Translations under genes and position numbers: made by a program | The notes under the pieces: generated by a model | Told to the model about the DNA's origin: nothing | Databases searched by the model: none | Seen by the model: only the letters and a program-made list of their open reading frames with translations | NCBI RefSeq assembly: GCF_016649425.1 | Contig: NZ_JADRCR010000007.1 | Coordinates: 151,934 to 215,933, forward strand | Direction: 5' to 3' | Origin: Limnobaculum allomyrinae | GTDB taxonomy: Bacteria > Pseudomonadota > Gammaproteobacteria > Enterobacterales > Enterobacteriaceae | Length of the DNA: 64,000 nucleotides | Part shown: positions 53,489 through 62,596 of the stretch, one piece after another | How positions within the stretch are numbered: the stretch's first letter is position 1 | Layout: every line of letters starts with the position of its first letter

Positions 53489-55346
53489 TGAACAAAAGCT
53501 TCTCGTACTAGATATGATTATTAAAAATCAGGATACCATTGCATGGCGCTTTCTCTACGCTCAAATTAGTTCTTTTAATCATCTTTATATGGAAAATGCC
53601 AGACCTAAATGGCGAGATGACGATGCAGGTAGTGCACAGATGAGAGGTACTTTTTTCGCCGCATACTACTCCGATCTTGGGGAACGAATACTCACATTAG
53701 CGGAAGGCAATACGGAAAGGTTAGCTGGCTTAATTAAGCATATAGACCACTTTGAAGGTTCCTATCAGACACGGCTAATTCACCTAGTTAAACAAGCGAT
53801 CTCTTTTCCCGATGAGGAAAAAGAAATTATAAGAGAAGCCTTGTGCCATTATCTACATTGGCATAATTCTTATAATACATCTGGAGATAAAAAAAGCAGA
53901 GCCACAGCTGAACTATTAGCACCTTTATTTAATCTATTATCGCCTAAAGATATCATTCTTGATAAACGCCGACTATTTACCCATCATTATCCTGATTTGC
54001 CAGAAGGAGATGATAAAGATTATATTAAGCGTAGTGAAAGAATAAAGAATCTGCGGATTGAGGCAATAGAAGAAATTTATTCGATTCAAGGATGGAGCGG
54101 TATATCATCATTATTAATATCCGTGCAATCTTCGTCAGCAATTGGTGACACATTGGCTTTTAGTTCTATCTCTTACATAGATTCGTTTTCATGGATTATA
54201 GAAAAATTTTCAGAGGACGACTTCCCCTTCCACTACCAATTAATTAGTTCATTTTATAATTGGTTGCCAACAGAAAAACAGCAAGCTTTAATCAACTCTT
54301 CAATATTGAATAATGAGATAAACAATGATGTAAAAATAGCAGCGTTCTTCTCTGCGCTCCCGCTGAATATGACAACTTGGAAAATACTTCTAAAATATAC
54401 AGAAAGCGCTCGAACTCTATATTGGAAAAAGATAAGCCATCAAAATTTCTGGATCGATAACGACGACGAAGCTGACTATTTTATCGATAAAATGATATCT
54501 GTTGGGAGATATATATCAGCATTCAATTTAGTTAAGCATCATCTGGAAAAAGTATCTTGGCAAAACATACTAAAGCTATTAAATGGGTTCAGAAACACTA
54601 CTGAAAAAGATGTTCCATTGCCAAACGGTTGGTATTTATCTAAAGCGATTGAATACTTAGAGTTATCAGGGAAAGTTTCTCGTTTAGACTTAGCATTGCA
54701 GGAGTTCTTCTTTTTCTCTGCATTCAGAAACAGTGAGAAAGAAGCAAAAAATCTTTATGCCGAATTACTTTCTAACCCACCTCTTTTTATACAACTGGTA
54801 TCTCTTGCCTATAAGCCAACGTCCGATCCAAATTATAAACTGGATGAATCCCTACATTCTGCTGCACAACAAGCTCATAGAATACTAGATCATAGCAATG
54901 GATTACCTGGTCAAGAAGAAGATAACGACATTAATGAGTCTCTATTTCACCATTGGATCCATGAAGTCAGAAAACTGGCAATGGAGAACGATAGATGCGA
55001 TATCACCGACTATCTAATAGGTAAATGGCTCGCCACTTCACAATATCAAAATGATGATTTGTGGCCATGTTCATTCGTCAGGCATCTACTAGAAGAAACA
55101 GAAAACGATAGTATTCGAGAGGGTTTCTACTTTGGTATTATTAGTAACCGTGGTGTAACTATGCGAGGCTATCATGAGGGCGGCGACAAGGAAAGAAAGT
55201 TGGTCGATAAATATCGTGAGATTGCTAATAAATTATATTTCTCCTACCCTAAAGTAGCCAGTATTTTTGACGAACTGATGTCTTATTATAATTTTGATGC
55301 TATAAATGAAGATCAAAACGCAAAATTAAGAACCGAAGGTTATTAA
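53478..55346 (+). CDS. Large uncharacterised all-helical protein (about 622 aa); start overlaps the upstream stop, possibly a frameshifted continuation of the preceding gene
   Basis: Frame opens with a TTG that overlaps the 51599 gene's stop by 11 nt. The next in-frame ATG is 53514 with a poor SD. Helical repeat composition matches the C-terminal half of the upstream protein. Confidence 0.5.
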   Translation: MATDEQKLLVLDMIIKNQDTIAWRFLYAQISSFNHLYMENARPKWRDDDAGSAQMRGTFFAAYYSDLGERILTLAEGNTERLAGLIKHIDHFEGSYQTRLIHLVKQAISFPDEEKEIIREALCHYLHWHNSYNTSGDKKSRATAELLAPLFNLLSPKDIILDKRRLFTHHYPDLPEGDDKDYIKRSERIKNLRIEAIEEIYSIQGWSGISSLLISVQSSSAIGDTLAFSSISYIDSFSWIIEKFSEDDFPFHYQLISSFYNWLPTEKQQALINSSILNNEINNDVKIAAFFSALPLNMTTWKILLKYTESARTLYWKKISHQNFWIDNDDEADYFIDKMISVGRYISAFNLVKHHLEKVSWQNILKLLNGFRNTTEKDVPLPNGWYLSKAIEYLELSGKVSRLDLALQEFFFFSAFRNSEKEAKNLYAELLSNPPLFIQLVSLAYKPTSDPNYKLDESLHSAAQQAHRILDHSNGLPGQEEDNDINESLFHHWIHEVRKLAMENDRCDITDYLIGKWLATSQYQNDDLWPCSFVRHLLEETENDSIREGFYFGIISNRGVTMRGYHEGGDKERKLVDKYREIANKLYFSYPKVASIFDELMSYYNFDAINEDQNAKLRTEGY

Positions 55347-55632
55347 GCTTAATGATTATTTAAGGATTATACAATGGGAAAAAACAGTAAGCTAAAACGA
55401 GATTTAAAAAAGAAAAAAGACAACAAGAGGTCTAATATAAAATCTTTTAGCCGAAAAAAATCAATAGCTCTTCCCTCCCCATTCAACTTTAAAAAAATCT
55501 ACCGATGATAGTATTTCACAAGTAAGGATTAAGCTGATCTCTATTTTTTCAGAATATAATCCTTTAGACCTACTCCTTACTATAAGCATCTCTGAATTAT
55601 GGCTACCTAATATTTCTGCTCAAGTTAAGCAC

Positions 55633-58600
55633 ATGTTAGCCCTTAATATTTTACTATCAATGAAAACCAATGAATTCAATAATAAAGAAATAAAAACATA
55701 CGAACAAGGGAGCGAATTTCTTAACTCTCTCTATAAGCTATTACCTAACATACCCCAACTAGAAGATTATATCCCTGAACAGGACTGGGGAGAAGTAAAA
55801 GTATTATGGGATAAGAGTATTTACAAAATTTTCTATGGTGGTGCAATAGAGCGAATTTATGATTATATCAAAGCATTTGAACTTTGCTATAGTGAATATC
55901 CTAATATCCTTAAGCAGATGGAAAATATTCTTATTTTGCAAAACAGTTTTTTATCAGAAATGAATGCAAATGACTTTATTTTCAATCAAGAGTTCTCACC
56001 TGGTTATATCGAAATCCCTTCCGAAAAATTCTGGTCGATTTGTCGTCAAAAGTTGATTAATACTAATGAACTATTTCAAAAACTAATGCCTGATATTGAT
56101 AGTAGCTTTATTAAAAACATTGGCGATATAAAAAGTATTAATAGCACTAATGAACTCGCTAATACCATTATGGAGGGAGTAGCTCTTCCTGCTATTGGTA
56201 TAAGAATTGAGAATAATATTTATCCATTATCATTTCGGGGAATGGTAAACGTTATTATAGAATATTGTTCATCAATACATACAACTGTCGAATTTTCTGA
56301 TGCTTTATCAAAATTTATATCACAACGTTTTGATAATATCATTGAAGAACCATTTTTACTTCGCCAGGAGCAAAAAACGCTTCCATATAAATTCTCAGGA
56401 CTATTACAAGAAAATAATAAGATTTTCTTATTCATACTGTTTGATATTAAAACACCTGAAAAATTAAAGCATTTAGCAAAGGAAGTTTATCAATGTTTAG
56501 CTAATGGCCGATGGGATTTAAAAACCATTTATTCTCCACATAGAATAAGTATTCAAAATACATTAGGAAAAAAACCAACAATAGATGATATTGAATTTAT
56601 TTTTGTAAGCTCTAATGTTTCAACTAGCATGTATTTTTTTGAACCACCAGAGTTGAAATGTAAACATCATATATTTTCATTAACTGAATTTATCGCTTTA
56701 TTTGATTCAATAAATAATATCGATGAATTATCATCATTTTTATCTTATCTAGAGAAGTACAATAAAAAAATTAGCCCATTCTCTTCTGTGATAGATAAAT
56801 TTGCATCATTTAGAGGGAGTCACTCTGTTTTAGAAGATGGTGCTATTGGTTTTAATATGATTTCCCTTGACCCTCATTGGGGTTCTAACTGGAGGTATGA
56901 TGAACTGAAAAAATACTGGTCACAGGCACCTTTAAACTTTCCTGATATTGATGTGAAATGGGATATCAGAGATAATTATCAAGGTAACGTTTCATTAATA
57001 TCAAAAAGACATTTTTATATATCATGGACGACTCAAATAAATAATTGCACAATACATTTCTGTGCTAATTGCGAGCCATTAATAAATGAAGACCATCTCA
57101 ATGGTCAACTGCTCACATTATTTTTAGAATGTATATGTGACGCCCTATCACAACGAAAAGATATTTTAGAGAATATATCATTCTTAGGCATCGAGAAAAT
57201 CTCGGTTTATTGTTCAGTTGATAACGAATATTTAGTCAGCAGTGAATTAGATATCATTGAAAACACTTCTCATGAATTATTTTCACATACATCTCTGATT
57301 AGTAGCAATACATCCTCAGCAATCATAGATCTGAGTGTTAATTTGCCTTTAATCCAAAATAGACTCAATAAACCAAAAGATGCAAGCTTCCAGGCGGATA
57401 TTTGCATTGTATTTTTAAAATTACTCTCAAATATACTTCACATTAAATTTCCAGAATCCGTTGAAAACCAGATTAATAATACAAGAAACAATGCTCCAAG
57501 AATGGCAATTTCCAGTGAAGAACGCCCATTCGATACGCTAGAAATAAAACCCAAAACTCCCGAACCCAAACATTTTAAATTAGCTAGAAAAACATTAGCT
57601 GGCAGAATAAAAGACACTGGTATTAAGGAAGGAATTTACGAGTTGCAGGCAGCTAAAGATATTATTAATTCTTTAGCTGATTTTTTCAGAGAAAAAATCC
57701 ATGCGCAAATATCCTCATTACATAGAGATAGCCTGCTGTGTTTTGTACTTGAAAATTATGATGCTTATGTAGCTGAAGATCAGCGAAAGAAGAATAATAT
57801 TATTTTAAGTCTTCAACATGAAGTCAACTATGACAGAGCAGAAAAACTGGCTAAACAAAGCACAGAATTCAACCGCATATCTTCTAATTATAGATACTTA
57901 CTGGAATGCACTTTAAGCCTTAATTCTAAAAACGAAAAGATACCGACTAACAATGAAATATTACAACTCATTGCTGACATTGATTGGCTAATGGTCCTTT
58001 ATAATTTTAGTGATATACTGCATAACGATATAGATGTTGGTGGTGTAATAATTGATAATCTTTATATTCCCCAAGTATTCTTCTCTGAAGACCGAGAATT
58101 AAAAGAAAATAAATTTAGTGAAGAGCAAGCCAATTATAAACTTGGCTATAATTTAAATGAAAATGATGAAGTCGAACCCAATATTATAAATGATAAGTTG
58201 GATTCCCTTGATAGGGTATTCTTACAAGATCTTGACTTTAAGTATTCAAATTTACTGGCTGTTTTTTCTATTTTATTTCAATGGTCTAGAATAAATCATT
58301 CTCAAATTAGCCTTTCATATCAAACAACAAAAGCAGAATTGATAAAAGTAATTTTAAATAATTGTATAAACTTAGCAGAAGAAGAGGCAAACAGAATCGT
58401 TGATTTTCTGATTTTAGATCCAAATAAAATACGAAAACTATTAGGCTCTGAAATTAATTCGTTTGATGTTCCCATATCAGATCACAATAAAAGAGCACAC
58501 AGATATAACATCAGGCCATTAATTGAACTCAACAATGGTAATATTATTTGGGGAGCTGCTGCTGCCTATCGAGCTGGCACAATATGGATATCTCATATAG

Positions 58601-59154
58601 CAAATGGGTATCTTCCAGCTGAATTTGAATGGAGTCATATTTCTCATGAAGTACGTCAAATAAAAGAGCAAATTGAAAAGCAATTAGAGATGATGACGTT
58701 TAATATAGTAAAAAGATTTGCGACGCGACTTGAACAGGGTATTGATTTTAAAAAACGCTTTCCAAATGAAAATTTTCCTACCGTCGGGGATTTTGATACC
58801 TTAGCATACTTCCCCGAAAAAAATACTTGGCTAAATATAGAGTGTAAATATAACCAGCCATACTATTGCATTAAGGATATGCGCCGCTTAAGAGAGAAAA
58901 TTTTTGGCCGAGGAGATAAAAGAGGGCAAATTGGAGAAATAGAAAATAGAATGAAGTTTTTAATGCTTAATCAAGATAAGCTGCGCTCACTATTAAACTG
59001 GAATCAACCATCAACTGACTGCCAAGAAAAAGTTATTAACCTATATATTAGCAGACAGATTTATTGGTGGTTAAGAAACCCTCCATATGAGACAGACATT
59101 AACTTCATACAAGTAGATGCTTTAGAAAGCTGGTTGCAACAAAACTTAAAATAA
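55633..59154 (+). CDS. Very large uncharacterised protein (1173 aa), markedly AT-rich, with a C-terminal PD-(D/E)xK-like motif
   Basis: About 30-32% GC versus about 43% at the start of the operon. Near the C-terminus TVGDFDTLAYFPEKNTWLNIECKYNQ gives D ... E-x-K. No Walker motifs, signal peptide or TM helices. Confidence 0.55.
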   Translation: MLALNILLSMKTNEFNNKEIKTYEQGSEFLNSLYKLLPNIPQLEDYIPEQDWGEVKVLWDKSIYKIFYGGAIERIYDYIKAFELCYSEYPNILKQMENILILQNSFLSEMNANDFIFNQEFSPGYIEIPSEKFWSICRQKLINTNELFQKLMPDIDSSFIKNIGDIKSINSTNELANTIMEGVALPAIGIRIENNIYPLSFRGMVNVIIEYCSSIHTTVEFSDALSKFISQRFDNIIEEPFLLRQEQKTLPYKFSGLLQENNKIFLFILFDIKTPEKLKHLAKEVYQCLANGRWDLKTIYSPHRISIQNTLGKKPTIDDIEFIFVSSNVSTSMYFFEPPELKCKHHIFSLTEFIALFDSINNIDELSSFLSYLEKYNKKISPFSSVIDKFASFRGSHSVLEDGAIGFNMISLDPHWGSNWRYDELKKYWSQAPLNFPDIDVKWDIRDNYQGNVSLISKRHFYISWTTQINNCTIHFCANCEPLINEDHLNGQLLTLFLECICDALSQRKDILENISFLGIEKISVYCSVDNEYLVSSELDIIENTSHELFSHTSLISSNTSSAIIDLSVNLPLIQNRLNKPKDASFQADICIVFLKLLSNILHIKFPESVENQINNTRNNAPRMAISSEERPFDTLEIKPKTPEPKHFKLARKTLAGRIKDTGIKEGIYELQAAKDIINSLADFFREKIHAQISSLHRDSLLCFVLENYDAYVAEDQRKKNNIILSLQHEVNYDRAEKLAKQSTEFNRISSNYRYLLECTLSLNSKNEKIPTNNEILQLIADIDWLMVLYNFSDILHNDIDVGGVIIDNLYIPQVFFSEDRELKENKFSEEQANYKLGYNLNENDEVEPNIINDKLDSLDRVFLQDLDFKYSNLLAVFSILFQWSRINHSQISLSYQTTKAELIKVILNNCINLAEEEANRIVDFLILDPNKIRKLLGSEINSFDVPISDHNKRAHRYNIRPLIELNNGNIIWGAAAAYRAGTIWISHIANGYLPAEFEWSHISHEVRQIKEQIEKQLEMMTFNIVKRFATRLEQGIDFKKRFPNENFPTVGDFDTLAYFPEKNTWLNIECKYNQPYYCIKDMRRLREKIFGRGDKRGQIGEIENRMKFLMLNQDKLRSLLNWNQPSTDCQEKVINLYISRQIYWWLRNPPYETDINFIQVDALESWLQQNLK

Positions 59155-59338
59155 ATATGAAAATCAATGGAGTATGCAGTTCAAAACTTACCAGCATATA
59201 ACGGTAAAACAGATGTGGAGTGTTAGTTTATTGTACTTGACGTATATACGGGAAAAAAAGGTGGTCACTCTGGTGGTCTTGACAACCCTAATTTTTAAGT
59301 TTAGCCTAACAATCAGCCAGTTATTGGCAAATGCGATC

Positions 59339-59354
59339 CCAGTCAGAGGAGCCA
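59339..59354 (+). repeat. attR: 16-bp direct repeat of the tRNA-Asn 3' end (ccagtcagaggagcca)
   Basis: Exact match to 46902-46917. Followed by a copy of the native tRNA downstream terminator. Confidence 0.85.
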
Positions 59355-59359
59355 CATTT

Positions 59360-59397
59360 AGAAAGGCCCGCTATTTATTAGCGGGCCTTTTGCTTTC
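59360..59397 (+). terminator. Displaced native tRNA-Asn terminator (aaaggcccgc-tatttatta-gcgggccttt + tgcttt)
   Basis: Near-identical to the terminator after the second tRNA-Asn (62442-62473). It may also terminate the convergent GGDEF-EAL gene. Confidence 0.7.
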
Positions 59398-59407
59398 CAG
59401 CTTTTAT

Positions 59408-61975
59408 TTACTTCTGTAACTCTGGCATTTGCCATTCATCCAGTGGGATTGGTCGTCCAAAATAGTAGCCCTGTCCTCTCGGACAGCCTAACTGATATAG
59501 CCTGTCCGCTACCTCTCTGGTTTCAATTCCTTCAGCAATAAGAGGAACCCCTAATCCTTTCGCCAAACGAATCACAGATGAAATAATCGCCTCATTTCGA
59601 GCGTTCTCCAAAATACCACTAACAAAATCCCGATCTATTTTTAGACAATCAAACTGTAAGCGATGTAAATAAGAGAGGCTGGAAAAACCGGAGCCAAAAT
59701 CATCGATCGCGACAAAAACGCCTAATGCGCGAATTCTCCCTAATTGCTCACTAATAACCGTGCCCTTTTCAAGCAAAATGGATTCGGTTAGCTCTACGGT
59801 CAGGTTACATGCTGATAGCTGAAACTCATTTAGCGTGGCTACAATGACATCATAAAAATCGGCCTGATACAGTTGGCGAGCAGAAACATTAATATGAATA
59901 TTAAAATCAGACGGCCAGCCTGAAGCTATTTTTAATGCCAGTTGTCGACAAGATTCTCTCAACACCCAGCGACCAATAGATAAAATTAAGCCCGACTCCT
60001 CTGCCAGAGGAATAAATTTATAGGGGGGAACCATACCATAGGCTTTGCTCTGCCAACGAATCAGAGCCTCTGCGCCAATAACCTTATGACTGTGTAAATC
60101 AATTATCGGTTGGAAATAAACTCTCAGCTCCTGATTCAACTCAGCCTGATTAAGTTCCGTTAGCATTTGAGTATTTTCAATGGCCCGGCCCATCATTTCC
60201 GGACGATAAATTTCAAAGGCACCTGCACCTTTTTTTCTGGCGGTAGCCAGTGCGACAGAAGCATTTCTTAGAATCACCGCTAACGTTTTGTCATCAAATT
60301 CTTCTTTAACTAAACCAATGTTGCCGGCAAACAGTGGATGTTCACTTTCACAACCCAGAGAGTTAATATAAATATGCACATAACGAGCGATTTCATCCTC
60401 AGCGCACTCAGCACCACAACCTTCAGGGTAACAAACGGCAAACTCAATATCGTTAACTCTTGCCAATAACGTACAGGAAGGCACAATTTCTTGTAGTTGT
60501 TTAACAAACTCACACAACAGCGCCTCGCCTTTCTGATAACCAAGGCTATTATTCACCGCATTGATATTATCCAGACTCAGCAATATCAGCCCCTTCCATG
60601 CAGTGGCATGTTCCTGAGCACTTAATACCTGGATCTGCTTTTGTAGCCCTTCTTTACTCAACAAACCAGTGACAGAATCATAATAAACCTGATGCTCCAA
60701 TCGGGAGAAGGCCGTCGATAACGCTGATGACATCTCATTAAAGGCATCATTTAATTGCTTAATCTCTTTCAATTCAAAAGAAGATTGATGAGCAGGAGAC
60801 CATTTTTGTCCGGCTAACAGACGAGCCTGAGTTGCTACATATTGAATTGGGGTAGTCACTCTGGAGAGAATAACCCAGGCCATCGTGACGCCCAGTAAAA
60901 AAATGGCAAAAATCAAACTGAAGGTCGTTTTTCTTTCATCATTAAGTTGGCCAACAAAATCACTTTGAGGTATAGCGACAACAATACGCCAGTTATGTAA
61001 CCCTAACTCTTTACCAAAAGAGACAACTCTCCCATAGTAAGTTTCACTATCAATATGTAAGGTCATCTTGCTATGTTCAGGATGAGATAAGTAAGGCGCA
61101 ATAGCGCGAATAATCACACTCTCACTATTTTCCGGCGTTAACAAATGAGCGCGTTCTTGTTCTGGCAGACTCCCCTCAGGTTTGATGATCGGTTTTTCTA
61201 TTGTCGAATGAGAAATAATTTCATTGTTATCATTAACGATGAAAATGACGCCATTACCCAAATTAGGAATCTGCTGCAAATAACGATTAAACCGGTTCAA
61301 CTTAATATCGCTTGATACCACACCAACATAGCGGTTATGCATATCATAAACTGGGCTACTGTATGAAATACTGATGCCTCTTATTGCATCCAAATCCCAA
61401 TAGGCTCTGGTCCAGGATGGTTTTTGGCTGGCATTCACATCACGAAACCAGGGGCGAGTACGGGGATCGTATTTCTCTATGGTTTTGATGATTGAATTTT
61501 GAATCCCCATTCCCGAGTAGAAATTCAGCGTTCCTTGAGTTCGCTTATCTTTCAAAATTAACGTATAGGTATCGGTAACCGTTTCACGACTAACCCCAAT
61601 ATAATCGCCATTTACTGCACCAAACGCTACCAGACTAAGCTGAGGGGAATATGGAAATACCCGTTTCATGGTTGCTATCAGTGGTGATTCAAACTCATCC
61701 AGATTAACCATCTCGCCAGACAGGAGCTCTTGCATTGTCATTTCAATCGATGCATTGGCCTGTATTGGAATTTTCAAAAAGTTAAACAAATTGGTATGAA
61801 CATACTCAATATGGGCAGAAATCAGCTTATCACTAAGGCTATCGAAGATGCGGTTTTCACTGCGATATTGCAAAAAGACCGCTAAACCAAACATGATGGT
61901 TAATATAAAGACAAAAAGCGATGTCACAATCAGTTTTAAAGAGATTGAGTTTAATAATCGCACTGATTTCACCAC
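59408..61975 (-). CDS. Membrane sensor c-di-GMP phosphodiesterase: TM - periplasmic Cache-like domain - TM - HAMP - degenerate GGDEF (NDIEF) - EAL
   Basis: 855 aa; two TM helices bracket a roughly 300-aa periplasmic domain. The GGDEF region begins YYDSVTGLLSK but the signature is LARVNDIEFAV (GG lost). The EAL region has QPIIDL...GAEALIRW and downstream catalytic acidic residues. Confidence 0.8.
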   Translation of the reverse strand: MVKSVRLLNSISLKLIVTSLFVFILTIMFGLAVFLQYRSENRIFDSLSDKLISAHIEYVHTNLFNFLKIPIQANASIEMTMQELLSGEMVNLDEFESPLIATMKRVFPYSPQLSLVAFGAVNGDYIGVSRETVTDTYTLILKDKRTQGTLNFYSGMGIQNSIIKTIEKYDPRTRPWFRDVNASQKPSWTRAYWDLDAIRGISISYSSPVYDMHNRYVGVVSSDIKLNRFNRYLQQIPNLGNGVIFIVNDNNEIISHSTIEKPIIKPEGSLPEQERAHLLTPENSESVIIRAIAPYLSHPEHSKMTLHIDSETYYGRVVSFGKELGLHNWRIVVAIPQSDFVGQLNDERKTTFSLIFAIFLLGVTMAWVILSRVTTPIQYVATQARLLAGQKWSPAHQSSFELKEIKQLNDAFNEMSSALSTAFSRLEHQVYYDSVTGLLSKEGLQKQIQVLSAQEHATAWKGLILLSLDNINAVNNSLGYQKGEALLCEFVKQLQEIVPSCTLLARVNDIEFAVCYPEGCGAECAEDEIARYVHIYINSLGCESEHPLFAGNIGLVKEEFDDKTLAVILRNASVALATARKKGAGAFEIYRPEMMGRAIENTQMLTELNQAELNQELRVYFQPIIDLHSHKVIGAEALIRWQSKAYGMVPPYKFIPLAEESGLILSIGRWVLRESCRQLALKIASGWPSDFNIHINVSARQLYQADFYDVIVATLNEFQLSACNLTVELTESILLEKGTVISEQLGRIRALGVFVAIDDFGSGFSSLSYLHRLQFDCLKIDRDFVSGILENARNEAIISSVIRLAKGLGVPLIAEGIETREVADRLYQLGCPRGQGYYFGRPIPLDEWQMPELQK

Positions 61976-62358
61976 TTATTGTTTGTTTGATTCAACATAC
62001 TCAGGGACTATCAAAAAAACATTCGAATTATCGACACAATAACCAACATTATCAGCAGATAGCCATATCTTTAGCTAAGGATAGCTTAACTCTATATTAT
62101 TTTTGACTAAAACCATCTCAAATACAAAATTTACCTAAAAAATGTATTCAAAATCGATACCGTTCAGGTTATCTATTTTCAAACAAGCAATATTGATGCT
62201 GTTATCGTTACTAATATGAACAATAGTTGAACTAACTGACTAAAACAAAAGCGATCGTCTGACATTTTGAGTGAAGTATAAGCAAACACGCTATTTTCCC
62301 ATGTTGAGCGGTTGACAGAGTTGGCAATGGCGGATATCATGCGCCCTGTTCACACGAT

Positions 62359-62434
62359 TCCTCTGTAGTTCAGTCGGTAGAACGGCGGACTGTTAATCCG
62401 TATGTCACTGGTTCAAGTCCAGTCAGAGGAGCCA
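62359..62434 (+). tRNA. asn tRNA: tRNA-Asn (GTT), second copy
   Basis: 76 nt, identical to the first copy except G to A in the T-loop (GGTTCAAGTCC vs GGTTCGAGTCC). Own terminator follows. Confidence 0.95.
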
Positions 62435-62441
62435 TATTTAG

Positions 62442-62473
62442 AAAAGCCCGCTTTTTAGCGGGCTTTTTGCTTT
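62442..62473 (+). terminator. Rho-independent terminator of tRNA-Asn copy 2
   Basis: aaagcccgc-ttttta-gcgggcttt followed by ttgcttt. Confidence 0.75.
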
Positions 62474-62596
62474 CTGATTATTATCACTGCGATACAACTA
62501 TTTAATTCACATCCCTGCCATCATTAATCAATTCGCTCTGCTGACTACTTTTGCCCTCTCCCTGTTAATTTGGTTTATAAAATTAACGATCCATCT

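Larger units (their letters stand above)
46918..59354. mobile_element. tRNA-Asn-integrated genomic island (about 12.4 kb) with decayed P4-type integrase; attL is the tRNA 3' end, attR is the 16-bp direct repeat
   Basis: Direct repeat ccagtcagaggagcca at 59339-59354 equals the last 16 nt of the tRNA. The DNA after attR (59355-59397) is a near copy of the native tRNA-Asn downstream terminator seen after the second tRNA copy (62435-62473). An integrase N-terminal fragment lies 170 bp inside attL. GC content is heterogeneous. Confidence 0.8.

Noticed and set aside
62359-62434. Second tRNA-Asn as a partial att duplicate
   Set aside because: It is a complete 76-nt tRNA with its own terminator. The island's attR at 59339-59354 is only the 16-nt 3' end, so these are two genuine tRNA-Asn genes.
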